A stretch of DNA of 64,000 nt, from assembly GCA_024280475.1 (NCBI GenBank), contig JAJRQA010000047.1, forward strand, positions 1,128 to 65,127, read 5' to 3'. The DNA comes from Alphaproteobacteria bacterium. GTDB taxonomy: Bacteria > Pseudomonadota > Alphaproteobacteria > Rhizobiales > JAKIUO01. Position numbers and translations under genes: made by a program. This document shows positions 51,442 through 61,880 of the stretch, one piece after another. The stretch's first letter is position 1. Each line of letters begins with the position of its first letter. The notes beneath the pieces are model-generated. The model searched no databases and was not told the origin of the DNA. It was given only the letters and a program-made list of their open reading frames with translations.

Positions 51442-51962
51442 TGAAAGAACCTTGCTTGATCTCGCTGATTGTTGCGGTTGCCCAAAATGGTGTGATCGGG
51501 GCCGGTAATGCCATCCCGTGGAAATGTTCCAGCGATATGAAATATTTCCGCAAAACAACGATGGGCAAGGTAGTGATCATGGGACGCAAAACCTGGGAAA
51601 GCCTTGGTAAGCCCCTAAAAGGACGCGAGAATATTGTTTTAACCCGCGATCAGTCCTATATTGGGCAAGGAGCTCACATTGTGACGTCAGGCCCTGATGC
51701 CCTCAAGAAAGCGGGGGCATTATGCCTTGGTGATGAGCGCTGCGAGGTTATGATCATTGGTGGTAAAACAATCTATGACGAGTTTTTCGACCTCTCGGAG
51801 CGGATCTACTATACGGCTATTCACGTGAGTCCCAAAGGCGATACGAGCTTCCCTAACCTGTCGCAGCTCATCGAGCGCGGTTGGAGGGAAATTTCAAGAG
51901 TTGAGCAGGTGGCCGGGGAGCGCGATGAGGCGGATATGACATTTGTTGTTCTGGAAAAGTAA
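51441..51962 (+). CDS. folA: dihydrofolate reductase
   Basis: 173 aa. IGAGNAIPW and VIMGRKTWESL motifs. Its start overlaps the thyA stop by 1 nt (TAATG). Confidence 0.9.
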   Translation: MKEPCLISLIVAVAQNGVIGAGNAIPWKCSSDMKYFRKTTMGKVVIMGRKTWESLGKPLKGRENIVLTRDQSYIGQGAHIVTSGPDALKKAGALCLGDERCEVMIIGGKTIYDEFFDLSERIYYTAIHVSPKGDTSFPNLSQLIERGWREISRVEQVAGERDEADMTFVVLEK

Positions 51963-52116
51963 AAAACCGCTAGATTGAACAGTGACTTTCGTTGCATCAA
52001 CGGTCCGCCTATCCTATATACCCTAAAACCCCTGGTCCAAGTGGGCCTGTCAGACTTGCACGTCTGAAGCGGTCGCGACACAAACGGTTCAAAACGAATT
52101 AAGGAAACACGAAATT

Positions 52117-53253
52117 ATGCCTTGGAGTGGTCAAAACGGTGGAGACGGTGGCTGGAAGCCAGGTAGCGGCAGTGGCGGCGGTAGTGGTGGCCCATGGGGC
52201 GGCAGCGGCGGTCCTAATCAGCCAGATATCGAGGAAATGCTGAAGCGCTCGCAAGATCGCTTGAAACAGGCCATGCCTGGCGGCGGTGGCAGTTGGCCGA
52301 TGATGGCTCTGCTGCTGATTGGCGCATTGCTGGCAGTGATCTGGTATGGCTTTTTTGTCCGCATCGATCCCGATCAGCTGGGTGTCGTGACGCGCTTTGG
52401 CAAATATCATCATCAGTTGGCGCCTGGACTTAATTTCCGCATGCCCTATCCGATTGATCAGGTGGACCGGCCAAATGTGACTCAGATCAGAACTGTCGAG
52501 GTTGGTCTGCGAGGCGGCAGCACCGACCGTTTTGGTCGCACTATGGTCTCTCGTGATGTGCCCGAAGAAAGTCTCATGCTGACTGGTGACGAGAATATTG
52601 TAGATGTCGATTTTATCGTCCAATGGCAAATCGACCCCAAAAATGCCAACCAGTTTCTATTTAATATTTTTGATCCGATAAGAACTGTCAAAGAGGTCAC
52701 AGAAAGTGCCATTCGCGAGGTTGTGGGTCGTAACAGTTTGCAAAAAGCCATCTCGGAAAGCCGAGCCGAAATTGCAGCCGAGGTCAAAACGATTATGCAA
52801 GCTATTCTTGACAAATATAAAGCGGGTGTTCTCGTGGTGAATGTTAAGATGCAGAGTTCATTTGTACCAGCTCCCGTCAAATCCGCCTTTCGTGATATTA
52901 CGGCGGCTGAGCAGGATAAAGACCGCTACCAACGGACGGCCGATGCCTATCGTAATAAGCTGATCCCAGCCGCTCGCGGTGAAGCCCAGCGCATGATTGA
53001 ATCTGCGGAAGCTTACAAAGCCCGCGTCGTCAAAGAAGCGGACGGTGAGGCACAACGCTTCACAAAGATTTATACCGAATATAAAAAGGCCCCTGGAGTC
53101 ACGCGCAAGCGCCTGTTTCTGGAAACCATGGAGCGGGTAATGGGCGGCATGGACAAGATCATTCTTGATAATAAAGGCGGCGGCGGCGTTGTGCCTTATC
53201 TCCCCCTTGATGGTTTGACGAAGAAACGCCCGAATTCGGGAGGAACGAGATAA
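52117..53253 (+). CDS. hflK: FtsH protease modulator HflK
   Basis: Gly-rich N-terminus, one TM and an SPFH/band-7 domain. Followed by hflC. Confidence 0.9.
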   Translation: MPWSGQNGGDGGWKPGSGSGGGSGGPWGGSGGPNQPDIEEMLKRSQDRLKQAMPGGGGSWPMMALLLIGALLAVIWYGFFVRIDPDQLGVVTRFGKYHHQLAPGLNFRMPYPIDQVDRPNVTQIRTVEVGLRGGSTDRFGRTMVSRDVPEESLMLTGDENIVDVDFIVQWQIDPKNANQFLFNIFDPIRTVKEVTESAIREVVGRNSLQKAISESRAEIAAEVKTIMQAILDKYKAGVLVVNVKMQSSFVPAPVKSAFRDITAAEQDKDRYQRTADAYRNKLIPAARGEAQRMIESAEAYKARVVKEADGEAQRFTKIYTEYKKAPGVTRKRLFLETMERVMGGMDKIILDNKGGGGVVPYLPLDGLTKKRPNSGGTR

Positions 53254-54140
53254 TGAAATTTCTATCAGGCCTTTTTGGCGTCGCTCTCGTGATTGCAGCT
53301 GTTCTTGCTTACAATACGTTCTTTATCGTTCATCAGACCCAGCAGGCTATGGTTCTGGAATTTGGACAGATTCGCGCAAAAATCAATGTTGACCCTAACA
53401 AAAATGAAGCGGGACTGCACTGGCGTGTTCCGTTCATCCAAAATGTCGTTTATTTCGAAAAGCGTATTCTTGATCTTGATGCACGTTCAGCAGAAGTTGT
53501 GATGTCTGGGAATGTACCCTTGATTGTTGATGCGTTCGGGCGCTATCGGATCATTGATCCATTGCTGTTTTACCAGTCTGTGCGCAACATACGCGGGGCA
53601 GCAACGCGGCTTGAGCCTATCCTTGAATCATCGTTGCGCGGTGTGCTTGGTGGCTCGACCTATCTTGAGGTGGTACGCGACAAGCGTGAGTTGATGATGT
53701 CGCGTATTCTCTCGATCATGAATGACAATGCCAAATCTTTCGGGGTGGAGTTTGTGGATGTGCGTATTAAGCGTGCCGACCTACCAGCGGACAACTCGAA
53801 AAAAGTGTTTGAGCGAATGATTTCCGAGCGGGTTCGGATCGCCAAGAAAATCAGGGCTGAAGGGAATGAGCAGGCTCAGATTATCCGGGCCAAGGCCGAC
53901 CGTGAAGTCGTTGAAATCAAGGCAGAAGCCAATCGTACCGCTTCGATCACTCGTGGTGATGGCGACGCCGAGCGTAACTCGATTTACGCCAAGGCGTTTG
54001 GCGCTGATCCAGACTTCTTTGCTTTTTATCGCTCGATGGAAGCCTATGAAAAAGGCTTGAAATCAGGCAATACGCGCATGCTCATGTCACCTGATAGCGA
54101 GTTTTTCAGCTACTTCAATCAATCCAGCGGCAAGCGTTAG
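53253..54140 (+). CDS. hflC: FtsH protease modulator HflC
   Basis: N-terminal TM and an SPFH domain. 1-nt overlap with hflK (TAATG). Confidence 0.9.
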   Translation: MKFLSGLFGVALVIAAVLAYNTFFIVHQTQQAMVLEFGQIRAKINVDPNKNEAGLHWRVPFIQNVVYFEKRILDLDARSAEVVMSGNVPLIVDAFGRYRIIDPLLFYQSVRNIRGAATRLEPILESSLRGVLGGSTYLEVVRDKRELMMSRILSIMNDNAKSFGVEFVDVRIKRADLPADNSKKVFERMISERVRIAKKIRAEGNEQAQIIRAKADREVVEIKAEANRTASITRGDGDAERNSIYAKAFGADPDFFAFYRSMEAYEKGLKSGNTRMLMSPDSEFFSYFNQSSGKR

Positions 54141-54329
54141 ATGTGGGTCGAGTTTCTCACCGCTGTTGGTTTGGTCTTTGTCATAGAAGGATTGATCTGG
54201 GCCTTGTTTCCCGGATTATTCTTGAAACTTGCTGTGCTCGCAGCTGAGATACCCTTATCTCAGTTTCGAGCCAGCGGCGTTTTTGCCATCGCTATCGGGG
54301 TCTTGATCGTTTGGTTGGTCAAAGGATAG
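54141..54329 (+). CDS. DUF2065 family small membrane protein
   Basis: 62 aa with two TM helices. AVGLVFVIEGLIWALFPG is the DUF2065 pattern, in the usual position after hflC. Confidence 0.65.
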   Translation: MWVEFLTAVGLVFVIEGLIWALFPGLFLKLAVLAAEIPLSQFRASGVFAIAIGVLIVWLVKG

Positions 54330-54367
54330 GCAGACGTCAAAATCGCATATTGCGAGCGGAGATATTG

Positions 54368-55852
54368 ATGATGAAAGCTGTCCCAGCGTCCCGGACTTTA
54401 ACGGGATCGCGAGTGAAGCAGAATATTGTGCTGTTGACGACGACTTGTTTGGTCGTGCTGGTGCTTTGGGCACATGCGGGGCAGGCCAAAGGCCCCAATT
54501 CGGTTGCTGATATTGCTGAAAAACTGCAAGATGCGGTGGTCAATATTTCCACCACGCAGACCCTCAAGGGCATTGATAGTGTACCGCTGCCAAATATTCC
54601 CAAAGGCTCCCCGTTTGAAGAGTTTTTCCAGGAATTTTTCGAGCGCCAGAATCGCAACGGCAAACCGCAAAAAGTCAGTTCGCTAGGGTCTGGTTTCGTG
54701 ATTGATCCCAAAGGGCTGATCGTCACCAATTATCATGTCATCAAGGATGCGGACGAGATTAGTGTCAAATTCAGTGACGGCACCAAACTGAAGGTCGTCA
54801 AAGTTTTGGGCAGAGACCAAAAATCTGATCTCGCATTGTTGAGGGTTGAGCCCGTAAAACCTCTGACTGCCGTGAAATTTGGTAATTCCGTTAAAATGCG
54901 TATCGGCGATTGGGTGATGGCCATTGGTAATCCGTTTGGATTGGGAGGCACATTGACTGTTGGGGTGATCTCCGCCAAGAAGCGCGATATCAATGCAGGT
55001 CTTTATGATAATTTTATCCAGACGGACGCGGCGATCAACCGGGGCAATTCAGGAGGACCCTTGTTCAATATGGAAGGCGAGGTGATCGGCGTCAATACGG
55101 CGATCATATCTCCCACCGGCGGGTCTATTGGCATTGGTTTCGCCATCCCCTCACAAACAGCAGAGCGGGTTGTTGCACAGCTGGAGAAATATGGTGAAGT
55201 CCGTCGCGGCTGGCTTGGCGTGCATATCCAGTCGGTCACAAGGGAAATTGCTGAAAGTCTGGGGCTGGGCAAGCCGACCGGGGCGCTCATTTCCAATGTG
55301 GCACCTGGCGGCCCAGCGCAAAAAGCAGGTATCAAGGCAGGGGACGTGGTGATCAGATTCAATGATGTGCCCGTCGCCAATATGCGTCAGTTGCCTAAAA
55401 TAGTCTCCCGCACCCCCATTGACAAGGAAGTCGATGTAATCGTGATGCGCCAGGGACAAGAACAACATCTCAAGGTCAAGGTTGGCCAGCTGGACGAAGC
55501 GACAATAACGGATACCCGTCTGACCAAAAAGCCAGAGGTGAAGATCAAACGCCAGGATATGCTGGGCCTGACTCTTTCGCCCATGTCAAAAAAACTGCGC
55601 AAGAAATACAATATTGATAGCAGCATCAAAGGCGTTGTTGTGACAGGGGTGCGCGACAACAGTGTGGCGTCCAAAAAAGAAATTCAAGCCGGGCATGTGG
55701 TTGTCGAGGTGAACCAGGAAGAAGTTAATGGCCCTGAACAGGTCGTCGTTATTGTCCAAAAGCTGATCAAGAAGGGGCGTAAACATGTCTTGTTATTATT
55801 GGCTGACCCGGCGGGAGAATTGAGATTTGTCGCCGTGCCTACAAAGGGTTAG
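54368..55852 (+). CDS. degP: Do/DegP-family periplasmic serine endoprotease
   Basis: ATG at 54368 with GGAG 6 nt upstream, and a signal peptide. Catalytic blocks TNYHV, DLALL and GNSGGPLF, plus two PDZ domains. Confidence 0.9.
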   Translation: MMKAVPASRTLTGSRVKQNIVLLTTTCLVVLVLWAHAGQAKGPNSVADIAEKLQDAVVNISTTQTLKGIDSVPLPNIPKGSPFEEFFQEFFERQNRNGKPQKVSSLGSGFVIDPKGLIVTNYHVIKDADEISVKFSDGTKLKVVKVLGRDQKSDLALLRVEPVKPLTAVKFGNSVKMRIGDWVMAIGNPFGLGGTLTVGVISAKKRDINAGLYDNFIQTDAAINRGNSGGPLFNMEGEVIGVNTAIISPTGGSIGIGFAIPSQTAERVVAQLEKYGEVRRGWLGVHIQSVTREIAESLGLGKPTGALISNVAPGGPAQKAGIKAGDVVIRFNDVPVANMRQLPKIVSRTPIDKEVDVIVMRQGQEQHLKVKVGQLDEATITDTRLTKKPEVKIKRQDMLGLTLSPMSKKLRKKYNIDSSIKGVVVTGVRDNSVASKKEIQAGHVVVEVNQEEVNGPEQVVVIVQKLIKKGRKHVLLLLADPAGELRFVAVPTKG

Positions 55853-55896
55853 ACTAGGTTTTCAGATAATCTGATCGAGATTGGAAAGAGCGCTTT

Positions 55897-56753
55897 ATGT
55901 CGATACAAAAGACCATCAAGAGAATAACCGCGCCGCAAATCGCTGCCCGCAAGGGAGGCGAGCCGATTGTATCATTGACCGCCTATCATGCCCATACGGC
56001 AGCGCTTATTGATCCCTTTGTCGACTTTATGCTGGTAGGCGATAGTCTTGGCATGGTCATGCATGGCTATGATACGACGGTGCCTGTGCCGCTTGATTTG
56101 ATGATCATGCACGGCGCAGCGGTTGTGCGCGGTAGCTCGCGCGCCCTTGTGGTCGTTGATATGCCGTTCGGCAGCTATGAAGAAAGCCCTCATATTGCCT
56201 TTCGTAACGCCGCAAGGGTCCTCAAGGAAACAGGGTGTGGAGCGATCAAGTTGGAAGGCGGGGCTCATATGGCTGAGACCATCAGCTATTTGACAAAGCG
56301 TGGTATTCCGGTCATGGCGCATATCGGTCTGACCCCCCAATCTGTGAATGTCATGGGCGGTTTCAAAACGCAGGGACGTGACGAAAAAGAATGGGAAAGC
56401 CTCGAACTTGACGCTACCACTATATCAAAGGCCGGGGCATTGCCGTGGTCATTGAGGGCATGGCGGAATTGTTGGCCGCTCGCATCACCAAAATGATCCC
56501 TATTCCAACCATTGGTATTGGCGCTTCCGTTGATTGTGATGGCCAGATATTGGTGCTTGAAGACATGCTGGGATTATCGCCGCGGGTGCCAAAATTTGTC
56601 AAAGAATTCGGAAATTTGGGCGAAGCCATTCAAAATTCGGTCGAAGCCTACGCTGATGAGGTCAAAACCCGAAAATTTCCTTCTCGCGAGCATGTATACG
56701 GGATGAAAAAAGGCGAGGGTGGATCGACGCGCAAAACCGGTTCCGACAAGTAG
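55897..56753 (+). pseudogene. panB: 3-methyl-2-oxobutanoate hydroxymethyltransferase (panB) interrupted by a 1-nt frameshift near 56440
   Basis: ORF 55897-56496 is PanB-like up to ..TISKAGA and then reads nonsense. ORF 56445-56753, in the adjacent frame, continues [35 protein letters not shown]. One extra T in GCATTGCC would join them. Confidence 0.8.
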
Positions 56754-56923
56754 TGCAAACATGCCAGCCCTTGTGACCGGTGCGCACCATAATCACGACG
56801 AGATGATGCAGTATTGGTCTTTTTATAGGGACCTGCAGGCAAAATCTGCTAAAGCACATCAAACACAATTCACGCAAGTGTGGGTGAGCTGTAAAAGACA
56901 ACGCAAAGAGAGTGACAAGACAA

Positions 56924-57670
56924 ATGGTTGATGGTGATATTTTCCGCGAAATAGATGAAGAAATAAAGCGCGAGAATTTTGCGAAGCTGTGGGACAAATA
57001 TGGTTATTTGATCCTTGGTGTTGCCATGGCTGTTATATTGTCAGTCGCTGGATATAAATATTGGAAATTCCAGCAGCAAGAACAGTCGCAAACATTTGGG
57101 GCTCGCTATATGGATGCCCTTGATCTCGCGAGTTCTGGTCAAAAAGATCTGGCACAATTGTCCCTTTCACAGATCGCAGCAGATGGGCCTCGTGGCTATG
57201 CGATGCTCTCCAAGATGCGTGATGCAGCTGTGAAAGCCTCCAGCGGTAAGCTGGATGATGCGGCTAGCGACTATGACAAATTGGCTAGCAACAAAACCGT
57301 GGATCCGGTTTTTCAGGATTTTTCGCGTATTCAAGCGGCCATGCTGCGAGTGGACAAAGCGGATGAGGCCGAGATGAAAACACGGCTTGGAAAACTTGCG
57401 CAGGGGACCAGCTCCTGGCGCCACTCCGCCCGTGAGTTATTGGGTTTGTCAGCGTTTCGGGCTGGCAATATGGCGAGTGCTGAAACCTATTATAGTCAAG
57501 TTTTGAGCGATAGGACCGCCCCAGGCGGGTTACGCCAGCGGGCCGAAATGATGTTGTCTTTGATTGTTGAAGCAACAGCCGAGCAGAACAAAGGTAGCGC
57601 AGCCGCCGCGAAAACACCGGTTATGGACAAAAAAACCTCTGCCAAAAACAAGCCAAAAAGTAAAAAATAA
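56924..57670 (+). CDS. YfgM-like membrane-anchored TPR protein
   Basis: N-terminal DIFREIDEEIKRENFAKLW followed by one TM, then a helical TPR-like body and a Lys-rich tail. Conserved position upstream of bamB-der. Confidence 0.55.
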   Translation: MVDGDIFREIDEEIKRENFAKLWDKYGYLILGVAMAVILSVAGYKYWKFQQQEQSQTFGARYMDALDLASSGQKDLAQLSLSQIAADGPRGYAMLSKMRDAAVKASSGKLDDAASDYDKLASNKTVDPVFQDFSRIQAAMLRVDKADEAEMKTRLGKLAQGTSSWRHSARELLGLSAFRAGNMASAETYYSQVLSDRTAPGGLRQRAEMMLSLIVEATAEQNKGSAAAAKTPVMDKKTSAKNKPKSKK

Positions 57671-57954
57671 CGCCTCTGGCATATCCGCAATTTCATTCGG
57701 GTTGGTGTATTTCTCACACCATGTAACCAAAACCAGTGAACAGGGGTCGTAAAATGGCCCAGTTTATTGTTGAATAAGCTTCAGGCACGCTTTTCTTGAA
57801 AAACGATGCCAATGGGATCTGTAATCGAATTTTAGTGTGATCAGTTGGTGTGCGTTAAAACTTGAAAAACCTATAATGACAATTGTTTCAAGAGGAATAA
57901 AGAGGCGGTCTGACCTATTGTTGGGCGCGCATATTCCTCAAACGGGTGCACGGC

Positions 57955-59313
57955 ATGACAAATAGCAAACTTATCGGGTGGGGCAAACACCCTAAAATCA
58001 GAACGACCCTGGCGATCGTATTGGCAACCCTATTTCTCTCTGCTTGTGGCGGTGGCTTGCCTGACATGCATAAGTTGACGGGCAATATATTTAAGCCCAA
58101 AGAAAAAATTCTGCCTGGATCCAGAGAAGCAGTGTTGAAATCACGGGCCGATATCGTACCGGAGAAATCCGCCTCAAATGTTGCCATATCCATCCCCACG
58201 AAAATAGCAAATGCAAACTGGACTCAGCCCGGAGGAGAGGCAAGTAATGCACCTGGCCATCTCGTATTCAAGGGGTCGTTACGACCATCCTGGACCTCCG
58301 ATGCTGGTGCTGGATCTTCCTCTGATGGTCAGTTGATCCCCCGTCCGATTGTCTATAACGGCCGCGTTTATACGCTGGATACCGAAGGCGTAGTAACCTC
58401 TTTTTCCGCCAGTAGTGGCTCGATTGGCTTTCGCGTGAGACTGACCCCTGAGACCGAAGAAAAAGAAGAGGGCTATGGTGGGGGGCTTGCCGTTGATGGC
58501 GGTCGTCTTTTTGCGGCCACGGGATATGGAACCATCGTGGCGCTTGATCCAGCTTCAGGGAAAGCTTTATGGACAAAGGCGCTGGGTGTTCCCATTCGCA
58601 CCTCTCCAACCGCGTTTGGCGGTAAAGTCTTTGTTGTAACGACGCAGGGGCGTCTCTATGCGTTATCTACGACTGATGGGGAAGAGGTTTGGTCGCAGCG
58701 AGGACTGCCTGACCGTACCAGCATATTATCCAATATCAGTCCAGCTGTTGCCGGCAAAACCCTTGTTGTTCCCTATTCATCGGGGGAGATCACCGCATAT
58801 GATCTTGAGACGGGCAGACCCATTTGGCGAGATAATCTGGCAACTGGTAAAAGTGGGTCAAGCTTGCGCTCTATGGCCAATCCGGGGCGTCCGGCCATCG
58901 CCAACAATGTCGTTTATGCCGTTGGCAATTCTGGGCGTATGATCGCCACCTCGAAAAAGAATGGCGAGCGCATATGGAGCAAGACCATTGCCAGTACGCA
59001 AACACCGTGGCCTGCCGGTAATATGGTCTATATTGTTGATCGATCCGGACGTGTTGTGGCCTTGAGTTCCAAGGATGGCAGCGTTGTCTGGGTGAAGCAA
59101 CTGGCCCGCAAACAGCAGTGGCTTGGCCCGATATTGGCAGGAGATCGCCTGTGGTTGGTCTCCGATAAGGGCCGAATAGCCGGACTTAACCCTAAAACAG
59201 GAAAAATTGTATCCCAAAAGGACCTGGGTTATCGTATTCATATTGCGCCAATCGTTGCGGCAGGGCATATGTATATCCTTACAGATAACGCCAAGCTCGT
59301 TGCCCTGAACTAG
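57955..59313 (+). CDS. bamB: outer membrane protein assembly factor BamB (PQQ-like beta-propeller lipoprotein)
   Basis: Lipobox LSAC (LATLFLSACGG) and repeated propeller blades (G.VYA.D...G...W). ATG at 57955; the track GTG is at 57946. Confidence 0.8.
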   Translation: MTNSKLIGWGKHPKIRTTLAIVLATLFLSACGGGLPDMHKLTGNIFKPKEKILPGSREAVLKSRADIVPEKSASNVAISIPTKIANANWTQPGGEASNAPGHLVFKGSLRPSWTSDAGAGSSSDGQLIPRPIVYNGRVYTLDTEGVVTSFSASSGSIGFRVRLTPETEEKEEGYGGGLAVDGGRLFAATGYGTIVALDPASGKALWTKALGVPIRTSPTAFGGKVFVVTTQGRLYALSTTDGEEVWSQRGLPDRTSILSNISPAVAGKTLVVPYSSGEITAYDLETGRPIWRDNLATGKSGSSLRSMANPGRPAIANNVVYAVGNSGRMIATSKKNGERIWSKTIASTQTPWPAGNMVYIVDRSGRVVALSSKDGSVVWVKQLARKQQWLGPILAGDRLWLVSDKGRIAGLNPKTGKIVSQKDLGYRIHIAPIVAAGHMYILTDNAKLVALN

Positions 59314-59348
59314 GTTTTGAGCCTAATCCTGAATTTAAGTTTGAGTCC

Positions 59349-60704
59349 ATGTCCTACACAATTGCCATTTTAGGCCGGCCCAATGTCGGCAAATCAACCC
59401 TGTTCAACAAGCTGGTGGGGCGCCGCCTTGCGCTGGTCGATGATGCGCCTGGTCTGACCCGAGATCGCCGTATGAGCGATTTTGAACTTGGCGATCAAAT
59501 CGTCCACATCATTGACACAGCAGGTCTCGAAGAAGCCCTTGATGGCTCCATCGAGGAGCGGATGCGCGATCAGACCTATGCCGCGATGGAAGAGGCGGAT
59601 CTGGTACTGTTCATGATTGATGCCCGCGCCGGTGTCATACCAGCTGATGAAACCTTTGCCTCTATTGTGCGCCAAAGTGGCAAGCCGGTATTGCTGGTTG
59701 TCAACAAGGCAGAAGGGCGCGCTGGAGACCTTGGCTATTACGAAAGTTATAGCCTGGGTTTTGGTGATCCCATTGCGATATCCGCCGAGCATAGTGAAGG
59801 CATTGGCGAGCTTTTGTTTCAAATGGATGAGGTGCTGAAAAAGCGCGATCCATTGATCCCTGATCTGGAAGATGGCGAGAGTGATGAAGACCGTCCTTTG
59901 CGGATAGCCATTGTCGGGCGTCCCAATGCTGGTAAATCGACCTTGATCAACGCTCTGATCGGCGAGGACCGCATGATCACCGGCCCTGAAGCTGGTCTGA
60001 CCCGCGATTCGATTTCTGTCGAGCTCAACTATGAAGGTCGTGACATTCGTTTGTTTGATACGGCGGGGCTGCGCAAAAGGGCGCGGGTTAAAGAGCGCCC
60101 CGAACATCTTTCGGTTGTTGATGCTCTGCGAGCCATTCGCTTTGCCGAAGTAGTGGTGTTGTTGCTGGATGTCAATAATCCGTTGGAGAAACAGGATCTG
60201 ACCATTGCCGATCTCGTGGCACGAGAAGGCCGTGCACTGGTCATCGCGGTTAATAAATGGGATCTGGAAACAGATAAAAATGCTCGCATTAACAAGCTGC
60301 GTAAAGAGGTCACGCGTCTATTGCCCCAAGTCAAGGGGCTGGCGATGGTGCCGGTGTCTGCTTTGGCGGCGCGTGGTCTGGACAAGCTTATGAAGGCCGT
60401 GTTCGAGACCTATGAGACCTGGAACAAGCGCCTGCCAACAGGCAAGCTCAATCGCTTTCTTGATGATACAGTGCAGCGCCACACGCCGCCAGCACCAGGC
60501 GGTCGGCGTATTCGCCTGCGCTACATGACCCAGCCCAATGCACGGCCACCGACTTTCATCGTTTTTTGCTCGCGGCCTAAAGATCTGCCAACGAGCTATT
60601 CACGCTATATCGTCAATGGTTTGCGTGAGACCTTCGATCTCCAGGGCGTGCCTATTCGCCTGCATATGAGAAAAGGCAAAAACCCCTATGTCGACAAAGA
60701 CTGA
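59349..60704 (+). CDS. der: ribosome biogenesis GTPase Der (EngA)
   Basis: Two tandem G domains (GRPNVGKSTLFN..DTAG..NKAE and GRPNAGKSTLIN..DTAG..NKWD) and a KH-like C-terminus. Confidence 0.95.
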   Translation: MSYTIAILGRPNVGKSTLFNKLVGRRLALVDDAPGLTRDRRMSDFELGDQIVHIIDTAGLEEALDGSIEERMRDQTYAAMEEADLVLFMIDARAGVIPADETFASIVRQSGKPVLLVVNKAEGRAGDLGYYESYSLGFGDPIAISAEHSEGIGELLFQMDEVLKKRDPLIPDLEDGESDEDRPLRIAIVGRPNAGKSTLINALIGEDRMITGPEAGLTRDSISVELNYEGRDIRLFDTAGLRKRARVKERPEHLSVVDALRAIRFAEVVVLLLDVNNPLEKQDLTIADLVAREGRALVIAVNKWDLETDKNARINKLRKEVTRLLPQVKGLAMVPVSALAARGLDKLMKAVFETYETWNKRLPTGKLNRFLDDTVQRHTPPAPGGRRIRLRYMTQPNARPPTFIVFCSRPKDLPTSYSRYIVNGLRETFDLQGVPIRLHMRKGKNPYVDKD

Positions 60705-61194
60705 TAGATCGGGCAAACCGGGCAAATCAAAAACCCCAAAAAGCGGCCCAGAAGTATTATTTTATCATCTGGAGCGCGCAAAATTGCTCGACATTTTGCC
60801 AAGCCTGCTGGAAAAAAGCCTGGAGCGCGGCTGGCAAGCGGTGGTACAGGTCAACACCGAGAAGCAGGTAGGCGAGCTGAACGGGGGGCTTTGGACCACT
60901 AGCGAGGATAGTTTTTTACCCCATGGGGCAGCCGAAGATGGCTTTCCCGACCAGCAACCGATCTATCTGACGCAAACAATCGACAATCCAAACGATGCGG
61001 CCATCCGATTCTTTGTAGGAGGGGCGCAGCCCGATGACATCAAGGGCTATGAACGCGTTGTTTATCTGTTTGATGGCAATGATTGTGATGCGGTTTCTGA
61101 CGCCCGTAAACAGTGGAAACGCCTTGCCGATGAGGGGTTTGAGGCGACATATTGGAAGCAGAATGAGCGTGGCGGGTGGGAGAAAAAGGCGTGA
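60688..61194 (+). CDS. holC: DNA polymerase III subunit chi
   Basis: 168 aa. VLFYHLE...L..LLEKSLERGW..VV resembles alphaproteobacterial HolC. Overlaps the der 3' end by 17 nt. Confidence 0.6.
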   Translation: MSTKTDRSGKPGKSKTPKSGPEVLFYHLERAKLLDILPSLLEKSLERGWQAVVQVNTEKQVGELNGGLWTTSEDSFLPHGAAEDGFPDQQPIYLTQTIDNPNDAAIRFFVGGAQPDDIKGYERVVYLFDGNDCDAVSDARKQWKRLADEGFEATYWKQNERGGWEKKA

Positions 61195-61880
61195 GCAAAG
61201 AACAAGATAGAGATCGGGCACGTGGCAATGCAGACAAGTTGCAGGCCGAAAACCTCGCCAAGGGCGGTGAGTTTACAGACTGGTTCGAAGAGCTTTATGC
61301 AAAAGCCGACGGGAATGCCGCCATGGTGCCGTGGGGCGATCAAGAGCCGCGGCCGGGCTTGGTTGAATGGATATCGAAGCGCCCGCAAGGGGCGGGAGCA
61401 AAAGCCCTTGATGTCGGCTGCGGGCTTGGCGACAATGCCGCTTTTCTCGACGCCAACGGTTATGATGTCACGGCCATTGATCTATCGGGTAGCGCTATCG
61501 AATGGGCGGCAAAAAGATTTGCAGATAGCGCCATAAAATTTCGTCAAGCGGATCTGTTCGATCTGCCAGATGACCTGATCGGCCAATTTGATCTGGTGCA
61601 TGAAACTTATACCTTGCAGGCTTTGCCCGATACCATCAGGCCAAAATTGTTCAAGGCTATCGCTGATCTGGTGGCTCCCGAGGGGCGATTGCTGGTGATC
61701 ACGCGCTCGCGGGAGGAAAACGTGGTGCCTGATGGTCCGCCCTGGTCGCTGGCTAAATCCGAACTGGATGCCTTTTTGGCAATGGGAATGAGCGAAATTT
61801 CGGTGACTAGAACGGTTGAAGTCAAATCTGACGGACGTGAAATTCCTCACTTGCGAATAGAGTACCAAAAAACATGCTGA
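61191..61880 (+). CDS. class I SAM-dependent methyltransferase (TPMT-like)
   Basis: GTG at 61191 (GTGA overlap with holC, GGGAG 8 nt upstream). SAM motif ALDVGCGLGDNAAFL and a GPPW block. Confidence 0.65.
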   Translation: MSKEQDRDRARGNADKLQAENLAKGGEFTDWFEELYAKADGNAAMVPWGDQEPRPGLVEWISKRPQGAGAKALDVGCGLGDNAAFLDANGYDVTAIDLSGSAIEWAAKRFADSAIKFRQADLFDLPDDLIGQFDLVHETYTLQALPDTIRPKLFKAIADLVAPEGRLLVITRSREENVVPDGPPWSLAKSELDAFLAMGMSEISVTRTVEVKSDGREIPHLRIEYQKTC

